From contig PLYL01000005.1 of the NCBI GenBank assembly GCA_003151795.1, positions 1,011-65,010 on the forward strand: 64,000 bases of DNA, in the 5' to 3' direction. This document shows, one piece after another, positions 1 to 9,055 of this stretch. Within the stretch, counting starts at the first letter, position 1; each line of letters starts with the position of its first letter. The notes under the pieces were generated by a model. That model was not told the DNA's origin and searched no databases. It saw nothing but the letters and a program-made list of their open reading frames with translations. The stretch is from Candidatus Yanofskybacteria bacterium. GTDB lineage: Bacteria > Patescibacteriota > Minisyncoccia > 2-02-FULL-40-12 > GWA2-44-9. The position numbers and the translations under genes are program-made.

Positions 1-719
1 ACGACACGTATAAGAATCAAGGATTAGTCGTAGTTGGCGTGCATACTCCCGAATTTGATTTTGAAAAAGATACCGGTAACGTTCAGGACGCAATTAAGCG
101 CTTTGGGATTCATTATCCCGTCGCGCAGGATAATTCTTATGGCACTTGGAACGCATACGGTAACCAGTATTGGCCAGCCGAATATCTAATCGATCAAAAC
201 GGAAATATTGTCTATACCCATTTCGGCGAAGGGGAATATGACCACACCGAAAACGCGATTCGTGAATTGCTCGGCATGTCAGCAAATGTCGCGCCTAACA
301 ACGGTGTTGATTTAAGCGGTATTGAATCTCCGGAGATGTATTTTGGGACCAATCGTCTGCAATACCTTGCTCCGCAACAATCTGCTTCAGCCCAAACCAG
401 CTACACATTTCCAGCGAACTTAAATCTAAACAACTTTGCTCTGCAAGGTGACTGGAAATTCAGTCCTCAAAATATTCAACTATCAGATGGTTCGGGAAGT
501 ATCGAATTAAAATTCCACGCCAGTAAAGTTCATATTGTCGCATCTAGTTCTATTCCTGCCCAACTGACCATAACCGTAGACGGCAAAGAACAACCCTCTG
601 TTACAGTTCAAGGTTCTCAACTGTACACCCTATTTAATTCTAATTCACCAGCTGACCACGTTATTGAAATAAAAGTTAATCAATCTGGTTTCGAAGCATT
701 TACGTTCACCTTTAGTTAG
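1..719 (+). CDS. Thioredoxin-fold / DipZ-like C-terminal domain protein (5' partial; the frame is open from window start)
   Basis: Frame of ORF 39..719 stays open to nt 3 (DTYKNQGLVVVGVHTPEFDF...). Trx-like motif YWPAEYLIDQNGNIVY followed by a beta-rich C-terminal domain, as in the DipZ C-terminal region. Confidence 0.55.
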   Translation, partial: DTYKNQGLVVVGVHTPEFDFEKDTGNVQDAIKRFGIHYPVAQDNSYGTWNAYGNQYWPAEYLIDQNGNIVYTHFGEGEYDHTENAIRELLGMSANVAPNNGVDLSGIESPEMYFGTNRLQYLAPQQSASAQTSYTFPANLNLNNFALQGDWKFSPQNIQLSDGSGSIELKFHASKVHIVASSSIPAQLTITVDGKEQPSVTVQGSQLYTLFNSNSPADHVIEIKVNQSGFEAFTFTFS

Positions 720-775
720 GATTATTCAAAGCGGTTCCAGCACTGAACCAAACAGCCAACAATGACTTTACAAAA

Positions 776-805
776 TACCACTTCGGTGGTATTTTGTTTT
801 CGAAA
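776..805 (+). terminator. Intrinsic terminator (accacttcggtggt stem then attttgtttt)
   Basis: 5-bp GC-containing stem with ttcg loop followed by a T-rich run, directly 3' of the Trx-like gene. Confidence 0.45.
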
Positions 806-816
806 GGGGGGGAGTT

Positions 817-1209
817 ATGTTTGATATCTTGTCTGATCTTTTCAATATTGCGAGAGAACTTGGTATCGTTGATGCCACTCTCTTTGCTCTACACCTAAAG
901 AGTTTCTCGGTCGAAGAGACCTACGCAATGTTCATGACCGGAAAGATTCCAGCTGATGGTGTTTACGCCCGGCTAAGGCTCAGGCAGGTGCAAGAGTTTA
1001 CCGAGCTTCACGAGCAGGTCAAGAACGGATTCAATGGAAGCCAGGGGGACATTCCACCGTTTGTCAGCATATTTCTGGCCCTAGAGTTCTCAAACTACCG
1101 CCGGTTTCCTTTTATGCTTCCACAGGTTGATGCGCTCATCGAACGAGACATCGAGAAGAACATTTTTCGCCGGCGGGGCAAGAAGAATATTGTTCGAAGG
1201 GATTCATAA
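817..1209 (+). CDS. Hypothetical protein (130 aa)
   Basis: ORF preceded by a G-rich SD (aaagggggggagtt ATG) and followed by a strong terminator. No recognisable domain. Confidence 0.4.
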   Translation: MFDILSDLFNIARELGIVDATLFALHLKSFSVEETYAMFMTGKIPADGVYARLRLRQVQEFTELHEQVKNGFNGSQGDIPPFVSIFLALEFSNYRRFPFMLPQVDALIERDIEKNIFRRRGKKNIVRRDS

Positions 1210-1224
1210 CCTCGCGCTACAGAC

Positions 1225-1260
1225 AGGAAGGTCTCGTCCTGTGCGAGGTCTTCCTTTTTT
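1225..1260 (+). terminator. Intrinsic terminator
   Basis: 12-bp stem aggaaggtctcg/cgaggtcttcct (two G-U pairs), 7-nt loop, then tttttt. Confidence 0.7.
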
Positions 1261-1272
1261 GAAGGGAGAGCG

Positions 1273-1530
1273 TTGAATATGATTGCCAAGTTATCAGAAA
1301 CTGTCTTGAAAGATGGGCAAGGCAACCAAGGGGTCGTCAGGCCGGGAGATAAAGTTGTACTTTCTACCAATTTCGATGACCCTGAATTTATGAGATCTTT
1401 TCTTGGAGGAGACGGACCATACACTATCTCCTGGATAGGGAAATGGCCGTGTGGTCGCGTGATGCTCTATGTGAAACATCCTCATGGAGAGCCGGGCGCT
1501 TACGCTTCACACTTCCGATGCATTGAGTAG
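1273..1530 (+). CDS. Hypothetical small protein (85 aa)
   Basis: ORF between two terminators. No recognisable domain. Confidence 0.3.
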   Translation: MNMIAKLSETVLKDGQGNQGVVRPGDKVVLSTNFDDPEFMRSFLGGDGPYTISWIGKWPCGRVMLYVKHPHGEPGAYASHFRCIE

Positions 1531-1535
1531 CCCCT

Positions 1536-1587
1536 GCCCGCGATGGAGTTCGCCGTAAGGTTCGCTCTACGCGGGCCTTTTGTTTTT
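1536..1587 (+). terminator. Intrinsic terminator
   Basis: gcccgcg ... cgcgggc stem followed by cttttgttttt. Confidence 0.5.
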
Positions 1588-1618
1588 AAAGAGAAATGCT
1601 ACTATTTTGTATAGCCGC

Positions 1619-1648
1619 TCCAACATCGAAACAAACAGCCAGCCAATA
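1619..1648 (+). repeat. 30-nt upstream motif copy A (TCCAACATCGAAACAAACAGCCAGCCAATA)
   Basis: Near-identical copy at 2137..2166 and a weaker copy at 731..765. Copy A ends 4 nt before the ATG at 1653 and copy B abuts the ATG at 2167. Confidence 0.6.
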
Positions 1649-1652
1649 ATTT

Positions 1653-2108
1653 ATGAAAAATGTTTTTGTTAAAGTTTCAGGAGATTTATTTGATGATCCT
1701 GGATTTATAAAATTCTTAAGAAAATTAAGTGAGCGTAATATTACTATTTGCGTTGGTGGAGGAGCTCAAATTAACCAAAAATTTCATGGCAGAAAAACTG
1801 CACTAAAAAGACACGGACCATTAGGAAGAGAACTTAATTCTACAAAAGAAAAGCAATTAGCAAAAAAAGTATTAGAGAGAAATAAAAGGCGGCTTCAAGG
1901 CATACTTTCTATAGAAAGAATAAAAGCCAAGGTGATTATCCCGGTTTTGAATGTTGGTCAAGTTATGTGTCATATAAACAGTGACGAGATGCTAAGGGTA
2001 GCTTACCTGGGATATGACGAGTTGTATGCTATTACCTTAAAAAATAGAGTATTGTCTAAACGACAGCAGTTTTCTAATTTGCCAAAAATAAAAATAATAG
2101 GATTATGA
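1653..2108 (+). CDS. Short amino-acid-kinase-fold protein (UMP-kinase-like N-terminal motifs), AT-rich
   Basis: VFVKVSGDL and ICVGGGAQI resemble the PyrH/amino acid kinase motifs (KLSGE.., VVGGGN). Only 151 aa. About 33% GC versus about 50% in flanks. Confidence 0.4.
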   Translation: MKNVFVKVSGDLFDDPGFIKFLRKLSERNITICVGGGAQINQKFHGRKTALKRHGPLGRELNSTKEKQLAKKVLERNKRRLQGILSIERIKAKVIIPVLNVGQVMCHINSDEMLRVAYLGYDELYAITLKNRVLSKRQQFSNLPKIKIIGL

Positions 2109-2136
2109 TACTCGAGACCGATCATCCTAACACCGT

Positions 2137-2166
2137 TCCAACATCGAACCAAACAAGCCGGCCAAT
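2137..2166 (+). repeat. 30-nt upstream motif copy B
   Basis: TCCAACATCGAACCAAACAAGCCGGCCAATA, about 27/30 identical to 1619..1648. Confidence 0.6.
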
Positions 2167-2742
2167 ATGAAAAAAATAAAACTTGTAGAAATAACCGGAA
2201 AAAAATTTGTTCTTGAGCCCCGGTATTACTTTTTCGGATGGTCAAAGTCATCGAAGATACTGGGCCGCCAATCGGCAATTGTCGCCTTATCTAAAGCAGA
2301 GAAGTTGTTACCGGCCGGATATAAATTTAAAATTTGGGATTGTTTTCGGCCCCGAGAGGTGCAGATTGCCATGGTTGATAGTTTTAAGAAAAGATTGCGC
2401 GTCATGCACCCGGCCGCGCCACCCAAGCAACTTAAGCAGTTGGTTGAAAGATACGCGGGCAAGGTGCCGCCGCCGCTTAAAATTGAACGGCTGGACACTC
2501 ACCGCAACGGCGGTTCTTTTGATTTGACCGTGGCCGATGACGAGGGCCGGGAACTTTATATGGGGACTGATCATGATGACTTGACTCCCAAAGCCGCCAC
2601 TGATTATTTTGAAAAAATTAAAGGCTTGACCGGATTAGAGCGTGAAGCCAAAAAGAACCGGCGCCTATTGGCCAAAACTTTAACCCAAGCCGGTTTTATA
2701 AACTATAAAGAAGAATGGTGGCACTGGAGCTGGGCCAAATAA
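2167..2742 (+). CDS. VanX-like D-Ala-D-Ala dipeptidase (peptidase M15D)
   Basis: HRNGGSFDLTV and C-terminal EEWWHWS motifs are typical of VanX-family dipeptidases. Confidence 0.7.
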   Translation: MKKIKLVEITGKKFVLEPRYYFFGWSKSSKILGRQSAIVALSKAEKLLPAGYKFKIWDCFRPREVQIAMVDSFKKRLRVMHPAAPPKQLKQLVERYAGKVPPPLKIERLDTHRNGGSFDLTVADDEGRELYMGTDHDDLTPKAATDYFEKIKGLTGLEREAKKNRRLLAKTLTQAGFINYKEEWWHWSWAK

Positions 2743-2823
2743 TTCCGGATTGTTTCATCTCTTGCACAAGTTGTCCGAGAAGGGTAGTATGAGAGATAAG
2801 AGCAATGTTTAAAACATACGCCT

Positions 2824-3168
2824 ATGGAAATCAAGAAAAAAGACATCAAGAAAATAAAGCACGCGACCAAGGAACAGTTGGGCAAGTTGCATGAGGAGTA
2901 CAAAGCAACGACGCAGAATGTGAGCGGGATGAGCCCGGTAGGGCTTCTAGCGATCGCAGTTGTCGGCATCGTATTGATGTTCTTATTCCCGAACAGGTTC
3001 TTCCTGCTTGTCGGACTTATCCTGATCTTGTATCCGATCTACGTCTTCGTTCGGCGCGGGGCCCATCGCGAGGGTTATTTTGAAGGTTATTATGAGATGA
3101 TGACCAAGCTTAGCCAGCGGGAAGATGGGCATTCGGACTCCCAAAAGTCCGACTCCGACAAGGAATAG
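2824..3168 (+). CDS. Hypothetical membrane protein (2 TM)
   Basis: Hydrophobic segments LLAIAVVGIVLMFLF and LLVGLILILYPIYVF with an acidic C-tail. Confidence 0.4.
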   Translation: MEIKKKDIKKIKHATKEQLGKLHEEYKATTQNVSGMSPVGLLAIAVVGIVLMFLFPNRFFLLVGLILILYPIYVFVRRGAHREGYFEGYYEMMTKLSQREDGHSDSQKSDSDKE

Positions 3169-3216
3169 CCACTTTTCGCGCTTGTACCGGCTTTTAGTCG
3201 GGATTATAATACAAAC

Positions 3217-3606
3217 ATGAAACCAGACTATTTCGTGTCCCTGAAGCATTACTACGGGGATATCGTCCGGAAACTCTTTTTTGCCGCCGCGATTTTAATG
3301 CTCGCCAGCCTGCCGTTTTTCAGCGACCGTCTGCCGGTTTCAACGATTGACTCTCTGGTAATCATCGTGGCGATTGGATTTTTCGCCGGTTTAACCAATC
3401 CGGTCGAACCGTTTCCAGCGATTATCAATACTCTCACTTCCGGCGTGGCGGTGGTAATTTTTGAATATTACGCGGTTCTGACCTATCAATTAAATTCAGC
3501 CAGTGACCCCTTGTTTTTGGCCGATCAAGCGCTCGCTATTATTTTCCTGTTCGCGCTGTATTATGGAACCAAGACTTTGCGGGCGATGATGATTGATAAA
3601 AATTAA
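3217..3606 (+). CDS. Hypothetical membrane protein (129 aa)
   Basis: Multiple predicted TM helices. The stop codon abuts the left arm of IR element 1. Confidence 0.45.
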   Translation: MKPDYFVSLKHYYGDIVRKLFFAAAILMLASLPFFSDRLPVSTIDSLVIIVAIGFFAGLTNPVEPFPAIINTLTSGVAVVIFEYYAVLTYQLNSASDPLFLADQALAIIFLFALYYGTKTLRAMMIDKN

Positions 3607-3744
3607 TCCCGCACATAACAGCCATATGCAGTAGATAGTGCGGAATTAGTTAAATTAACAAGACAGACCATACGACAAGCTCATTGCGTGGACTTAAGTA
3701 AAAAGTACTGCCCGAGAGCACTAGATGGCTGTTATGTGCGGGAT
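3606..3744. repeat. IR-element copy 1: perfect 20-bp inverted repeat (ATCCCGCACATAACAGCCAT / ATGGCTGTTATGTGCGGGAT), 99-bp spacer
   Basis: Arms at 3606-3625 and 3725-3744. The right arm overlaps the ATGAATAAA start of the DoxX gene. Confidence 0.8.
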
Positions 3745-4177
3745 GAATAAATTCCAAAGAATTTCGTTGCTTCTTCTGCGGGTCAGTCTCGGGTGGATGT
3801 ATTTTTGGGCGGGGATTACCAAAGTGGTTGACCCGGCCTGGTCGGCGGCCGGGTATTTGCAAGGGGCTAAAACCTTTCCGGCTCTTTTCCACTGGTTTGC
3901 TTCGCCCGCCTTACTGCCCCTCACTAATTTCGTAAATGAGTGGGGTTTGACCCTGTTGGGAGTTTCGCTAATTCTTGGTTTAGGCGTTCGCTGGACGGCC
4001 CCATTCGGGATTGCGCTCATGGTCTTATATTATCTCCCGATTCTTCAATTCCCATACCCGAATGTCAATTCATTTATCGTTGACGAGCATTTCATTTATG
4101 TCTGCGGACTTATCGTCCTCCTGGCGTTCAACGCGGGTAAATTTTGGGGGATGGATAGACGCGTCAGTCGCGCTTAA
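3743..4177 (+). CDS. DoxX-family membrane protein
   Basis: RISLLLLRVSLGWMYFWAGITK fits the DoxX signature. Start placed at ATGAATAAA (MNKFQ...). Confidence 0.65.
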   Translation: MNKFQRISLLLLRVSLGWMYFWAGITKVVDPAWSAAGYLQGAKTFPALFHWFASPALLPLTNFVNEWGLTLLGVSLILGLGVRWTAPFGIALMVLYYLPILQFPYPNVNSFIVDEHFIYVCGLIVLLAFNAGKFWGMDRRVSRA

Positions 4178-4186
4178 ATAATAATT

Positions 4187-4585
4187 ATGAAAGGATACGT
4201 CGTCAATATCGAGGAAGCGTCAATCGAGAATGAAAATTTCCGGAAAGTTTTGTATACCGCCCAGAACAGCCAGCTCGTGGTGATGAGCCTTAAGCCTAAC
4301 GAAGACATCGGCGCGGAAATCCACCACCTTGATCAATTTATTCGGGTTGAAGCGGGCCAGGGCCACGCTGTGCTCGATGGCGTCGAACACGAGATTAAAG
4401 ACGGCTTCGCGGTGGTGGTACCGGCCGGGACCAAGCACAACATCATCAATACTTCTTCGGGCGCGCCCCTCAAACTCTATACCGTTTATTCTCCGCCCAA
4501 TCACCGCGACGGCGTCATACACAAGACCAAAGCCGAGGCCGAGGCCGATGAAGCCGAGCATTTCGAAGGCGTAACCAGCGAATAA
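4187..4585 (+). CDS. Cupin-domain protein
   Basis: Cupin beta-barrel motifs (G.EIHHLDQFIRVEAGQGHAV, VVPAGTKHNI). Confidence 0.65.
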   Translation: MKGYVVNIEEASIENENFRKVLYTAQNSQLVVMSLKPNEDIGAEIHHLDQFIRVEAGQGHAVLDGVEHEIKDGFAVVVPAGTKHNIINTSSGAPLKLYTVYSPPNHRDGVIHKTKAEAEADEAEHFEGVTSE

Positions 4586-4589
4586 TAAA

Positions 4590-4889
4590 ATGACGCTTAA
4601 AGTCTTTTCATTGCCACTTCTGGCGGCCGCTTTCCTGTCTATTTTTGGATTTGGAAGACCGGCAACCCCCAAACCGGCCGTGACCAAGACCCCCGCCGCG
4701 ACCGTGCGCTATTCATCAATGCCCAAAAAAGTACCCAAGCTGATACCCCGTCCGACCCCCGCGCCGGCTCCAAAACCAAAACTAAAACCAAAACCAAGCC
4801 CTCAAGTAAAAATCACCCCCAAACCGACGGCTTCGCCTCCGCCCGGTTGGTCTCCGTTACCATTAGGTGTGCCGTCTTATCTCCCGTAA
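4590..4889 (+). CDS. Proline-rich secreted protein (signal peptide then PKP/TPAP low complexity)
   Basis: N-terminal hydrophobic signal followed by Pro/Lys-rich repeats. Confidence 0.4.
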   Translation: MTLKVFSLPLLAAAFLSIFGFGRPATPKPAVTKTPAATVRYSSMPKKVPKLIPRPTPAPAPKPKLKPKPSPQVKITPKPTASPPPGWSPLPLGVPSYLP

Positions 4890-4953
4890 CGGCTTGCATC
4901 CTGCTCGCGTAAGAGTATAGTAGAGGTGAAAAGTTATTAACTTAAATAAATAT

Positions 4954-5241
4954 ATGATGAATAATTATGGCTATCAGGGGTACGGGCATGCCGGCCATAT
5001 GCTCGGCTGGGGCATTGGCGGGCTGTTTGTAATGGTTTTGTTTTGGATTGCAATCGTCTGGCTGATTGTCGCGGTACTGCGCCGGGTGGTGTGGGGTTCA
5101 TCTCATCGCCATGATAGATGGAAGCAGTGGCAGGACATGAAGGGCGCTTCTTCAGGAATTAATATCTTGAACGAGCGTTACGCCAAAGGCGAAATCAATA
5201 AAGAAGAGTACGAACAGAAGAAAAAAGATATTCTTGGTTAA
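4954..5241 (+). CDS. SHOCT-domain membrane protein
   Basis: TM helix followed by ILNERYAKGEINKEEYEQKKKDILG, the SHOCT C-terminal motif. Confidence 0.55.
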   Translation: MMNNYGYQGYGHAGHMLGWGIGGLFVMVLFWIAIVWLIVAVLRRVVWGSSHRHDRWKQWQDMKGASSGINILNERYAKGEINKEEYEQKKKDILG

Positions 5242-5400
5242 ATTTATATGGGTCGGCTTAATTATCGGCGGACTGGTCGGGCAAATTGTCCCCATGCTGT
5301 GGGGCGGCAATCCGCTTTCAATAACTTCCGGCGTCTTCTCATTCATCGGTGGCGCTTTCGGCCTCTGGCTCGGTTTTAAAATCGACCAATCAATCGGCTA
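5234..5400 (+). CDS. Possible small GlsB/YeaQ/YmgE-like membrane protein (about 55 aa, TTG start, below ORF-track cutoff)
   Basis: Translation ..WVGLIIGGLVGQIVPMLWGGNPLSITSGVFSFIGGAFGLWLGFKIDQSIG* resembles transglycosylase-associated small membrane proteins. No ATG start. Confidence 0.3.
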
Positions 5401-6417
5401 GTCTTCTTGTTTTTCTTTTAGTTCTTTGAGGGTGGCTTGGAATTCAGCTTTGGCTTTTTGGGATAAAGTCGCGATATTACTTTTTATGTGGTTGCGCCAT
5501 TTTGTCGTCGCGGCTTTGGCTTCAGTGATGCTAAAATCGGAGATTAAAATTTGTTTGCCGGCGACGTAGGTCACGAATCCGCCGACAAGCAGTATTATAA
5601 TGGCAAAACTTATGGCCACGCTCGCGATAATAATCTCACGTTTTTTTACGTCCGGCTTGCCTGCAAGCTTAGTGATGTCTTTCGCGCGATGATCAATCAC
5701 GGGTCTGTCTTTTAGTTTTTTAAAATATATCGTTCCCAAATAGTTTCTGCCATACTTAACAGCCATAGTAAACATGCCTTCAGCAGCCAAGCGCCGGCCG
5801 GAAGCGAACATAGGGAGTTTGCGGGTGAATTTTACATCCCCAATGGCATGGAGCCGGCGGGCAATATCCGCGTCCTCGCCCCAAAATTCTATCGCGGTGT
5901 CATAGCCGCCGATTTTTTCAAGGCCCGCTCGGGTAATAATAAAATTTCCACCTTGGAGCATCGAGCCTTTTCTCAAAATAAAACGATTAATGAAATAGAC
6001 GACGTAGCCTATACTATAGAAAGCGTTGACAAAGTGGCCAGTTTTTTTAGGAAGGTCGTAGTATTTAAAAGGCCCGCTTAAGCCGACTAGGTTGGGATTT
6101 TGGGAAAATTCCGCGAAGACTGTGTCGAGCCAGCCCGGGGTGAGAATGGTGTCCGAATCAACGTTGGCGATTAATTCGCCCGAAGAGGCGAGATAACCCG
6201 CCCGGCGCGCCCAGACCAGGCCTTTGTGCGGTTCGTCGACGACTTTGACATTGGGATATGACCGTGCAATTTCCCCGGTTCGGTCGGTGCTGGCATTATT
6301 GACGACGATAATCTCTACCCGGTCCAGGTATTTCTGGGCTTGCGCGCACACTGAATCGAGGCACTTCTGGATGTGTCCTTCTTCATTATAGGCCGGGATT
6401 ACGAAGCTTAGTTTCAT
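5398..6417 (-). CDS. Family 2 glycosyltransferase with C-terminal TM anchor
   Basis: MKLSFVIPAYNEE...VVNNASTDRT GT2 motifs; DSD motif. Confidence 0.75.
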   Translation of the reverse strand: MKLSFVIPAYNEEGHIQKCLDSVCAQAQKYLDRVEIIVVNNASTDRTGEIARSYPNVKVVDEPHKGLVWARRAGYLASSGELIANVDSDTILTPGWLDTVFAEFSQNPNLVGLSGPFKYYDLPKKTGHFVNAFYSIGYVVYFINRFILRKGSMLQGGNFIITRAGLEKIGGYDTAIEFWGEDADIARRLHAIGDVKFTRKLPMFASGRRLAAEGMFTMAVKYGRNYLGTIYFKKLKDRPVIDHRAKDITKLAGKPDVKKREIIIASVAISFAIIILLVGGFVTYVAGKQILISDFSITEAKAATTKWRNHIKSNIATLSQKAKAEFQATLKELKEKQED

Positions 6418-6456
6418 ATGCTAATTATATACCATCCTTGGGAATAAGCCTAGCTG

Positions 6457-7644
6457 TCAAGAGGATATGTTTGCGACCTTCATGAATAGGGTTATCCACT
6501 CCTTGACGATGTTCGGGATTGAAAATTGCTCGACATAAGTTCGGGCGTTATGGCCCAATAATTCCTTTACGGAAGGATTATTAAATAAATAGACCAGTTT
6601 TTTGGCGATAGCCTCATAATCGCCGGGTTCGACGACAAATCCATTCTGGTCGTTGATATATTCTGGCAATGCCCCGGCCCGCACCCCGATGGCCGGCAGG
6701 CCGGAAGCCATCGCATTCATCATCGATAAACTCTGGGTTTCGGCGGTACTGGCGATGGTGAAAATATCGGAAGCCTGATAGGCCTGAATCAGCGTCGCGG
6801 GACTAACTAGTCCTAGGAATTTTATCGATTTCCCTAAACCAAGCTCTTCAGATAATTTTTTTAGCGCTTCTTCGACGGGTCCGAAACCGGTGATTATCAT
6901 GGACGCGTCGGGGACGCTTTTTTTGGCGGCCGCGAACGCGCGGATTAAAACATCGACGTGTTTTTCCGCGGCCAACCGGCCGGTGAAAATTACGGTTTTA
7001 TCAGTCACGCCGAATTGTTTTTTGAGGGATATCTTTTCGTCTGGCGCGGGCGGGTGGAAAGACACGATGTCCACGGGGTTGGAGAGAGCCCGGTGGGGCT
7101 TTTTGAACCCATGCTTAATCATACCTTTAAAAATAAAATTAGACGGCGCGGTTACAAACCGGCACCGGTTATAATACCAGGAGATATAGTCGAGGATTAT
7201 TTTAGCGAACCACTTGGATCGAGTCGGGCCATAGTGCATAAATTCGGTCATGTCCGTGTGATTGGTCCCGACCACCGGAACGTTCAGCTTTTTGCCGGCG
7301 ATAAGCGCTTCCAAACCAGTGCCAAAACATAACTGGGTATGAATAATATCCGGTTTCCATTTTTTCAGCGACCGATAGGCGGCGCCGGTAGTGATGACTG
7401 TCCGGCCTTGGCCAGTAGAGGCCCCAAATGATAAGGCCGAAAGGCGGCGAATGCTTATGTGGGGTCCCAATTGCAGCTCTTTTGGCTCAAGTCCGACTTT
7501 GCGGTAATCTTTTACTGAATAATGCGGTACATAAAATCGAATCTCATGGCCGTATTGGGCCAAGCCCTTGGCAAGCGTAATAATGGAGTCGGAAATACCC
7601 GTCAGTTCTGGATAAAAAACATCTGAAAAAATCGCAATTCTCAT
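6457..7644 (-). CDS. Family 1/4 glycosyltransferase (GT-B)
   Basis: MRIAIFSDVFYPELTGISD N-terminus and a C-terminal E..G-rich GT1 domain. Confidence 0.75.
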   Translation of the reverse strand: MRIAIFSDVFYPELTGISDSIITLAKGLAQYGHEIRFYVPHYSVKDYRKVGLEPKELQLGPHISIRRLSALSFGASTGQGRTVITTGAAYRSLKKWKPDIIHTQLCFGTGLEALIAGKKLNVPVVGTNHTDMTEFMHYGPTRSKWFAKIILDYISWYYNRCRFVTAPSNFIFKGMIKHGFKKPHRALSNPVDIVSFHPPAPDEKISLKKQFGVTDKTVIFTGRLAAEKHVDVLIRAFAAAKKSVPDASMIITGFGPVEEALKKLSEELGLGKSIKFLGLVSPATLIQAYQASDIFTIASTAETQSLSMMNAMASGLPAIGVRAGALPEYINDQNGFVVEPGDYEAIAKKLVYLFNNPSVKELLGHNARTYVEQFSIPNIVKEWITLFMKVANISS

Positions 7645-8261
7645 TATAGTTTTTCTAGTGAACGGCCAATGCGAGCGCTGAATTTAACCCAGAGGTAATT
7701 GATAAGGATAATAAGGCCAAGCGCCGCAAGAATCAAGTAGGTACCATTAGCCGCATAACCTGACAATTTGTCGTATGATCTGCCAAAATAGTAACCGATA
7801 ATCATAAAGACCAGCGATTTCGGTATGGTAATAAATAGAGAGATGAGTGTGAACTTTTTGATGTCCATCTTGGTCGCCCCGACAATCATCAAGCCGGGAG
7901 TAGGCAGGATAGGTGTGAGCTTCAAGGCGATAAGGGTTTTCACGGCGTGATCGCGCATGAGGCGTTCCATGCGCTTGATGCGTTCGGTGGTCAGGCCGAA
8001 ATGGCGGCCGAACCGTTCCACGAGGGTTATCCTGCCCCAGTAGCCGATGGCGTAGTAAATCACGTCGGCCACTAAATCTCCGGCCAGAGAAAGGCCAAAA
8101 ATGGCGAAGATGTTGAAATAACCCAGCGCGGCCGCGAAGGCCGCCGCCGCTGTTACAACCGGCCCCTCAATCAGCATGGCCACAAAAATGACCCAATAGC
8201 CGTGGACGAGAACCCACTGCGTCACCGCCGAAAAAGTTGCCGAATGTAGAAAAATATCCAT
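7644..8261 (-). CDS. DedA/SNARE-associated family membrane protein
   Basis: VLVHGYWVIFVAMLIEGPVV and G..G motifs of the DedA family. Confidence 0.7.
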   Translation of the reverse strand: MDIFLHSATFSAVTQWVLVHGYWVIFVAMLIEGPVVTAAAAFAAALGYFNIFAIFGLSLAGDLVADVIYYAIGYWGRITLVERFGRHFGLTTERIKRMERLMRDHAVKTLIALKLTPILPTPGLMIVGATKMDIKKFTLISLFITIPKSLVFMIIGYYFGRSYDKLSGYAANGTYLILAALGLIILINYLWVKFSARIGRSLEKL

Positions 8262-8361
8262 CGGGTATATAACCCTTTGATTATCCCATATCCCACAACT
8301 CCAGGCCAGCCGTTGAACCCTCTGTATCTTTTTAATCAGTATGTAATAATAGGGCTACTGG

Positions 8362-9045
8362 GTGCGTAGATTCAGGGTATTTGGCAGTCTTTGTATGGGT
8401 GAATTGATTTTAAAGCACAAAATGCACTGGAAAGATCCGGCGTTTTATATTTCCACTTTGTGGGCGGGTTTGCTTTTGGTTGTGGGTATCGTGGCTAACA
8501 CTTTCGCGAATAACTACGCGGTCCTGACGGGCAAGAATCCGGTGACGGATATTATTTTGAGCAACGTCCGGGTTTTTGACGTTGATTGGGTTGTGAATTA
8601 CGGCCCGCTCCTGATTCTAATTCTGATTATCCTCATCCTTTTCTTTCGGCCCCAGGCGATACCGTTTACGGTTAAGAGCGTGGCCCTGTTTATCATCATC
8701 CGCGCCGGTTTCATCAGCTTGACCCATCTCGGCCAGTTTGAACCGCAGCTGATTCTTCCGACGACGGGTTTCCTTAATTTTCTGGGCGGAGGCAACACCG
8801 GCGGGCTTTTCTTTTCGGGCCATACCGGCGTGCCGATTCTGTTGGCGCTGATATTCTGGGATAATAAAATATTGCGCTATGGTTTCATCGCCCTGGCCTT
8901 TGTTTTGGGCGCGGCGATGCTTCTGGCCCATCTGCATTATACGATTGACGTGGTCGGCGCGTTCTTTATCACCCCGAGTATTTTTCAGCTCGCTCAAAAG
9001 TTTTTCAAAGGCGATTACCGGCAAATGACTCAAAGTTTAAATTAA
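8362..9045 (+). CDS. PAP2-superfamily membrane phosphatase/phosphotransferase-like protein
   Basis: FSGHTG and HLHYTIDVVGA resemble PAP2 motifs II/III (PSGH, SRxxxxxHxxxD). Confidence 0.5.
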   Translation: MRRFRVFGSLCMGELILKHKMHWKDPAFYISTLWAGLLLVVGIVANTFANNYAVLTGKNPVTDIILSNVRVFDVDWVVNYGPLLILILIILILFFRPQAIPFTVKSVALFIIIRAGFISLTHLGQFEPQLILPTTGFLNFLGGGNTGGLFFSGHTGVPILLALIFWDNKILRYGFIALAFVLGAAMLLAHLHYTIDVVGAFFITPSIFQLAQKFFKGDYRQMTQSLN

Positions 9046-9055
9046 ATATTTTGTT

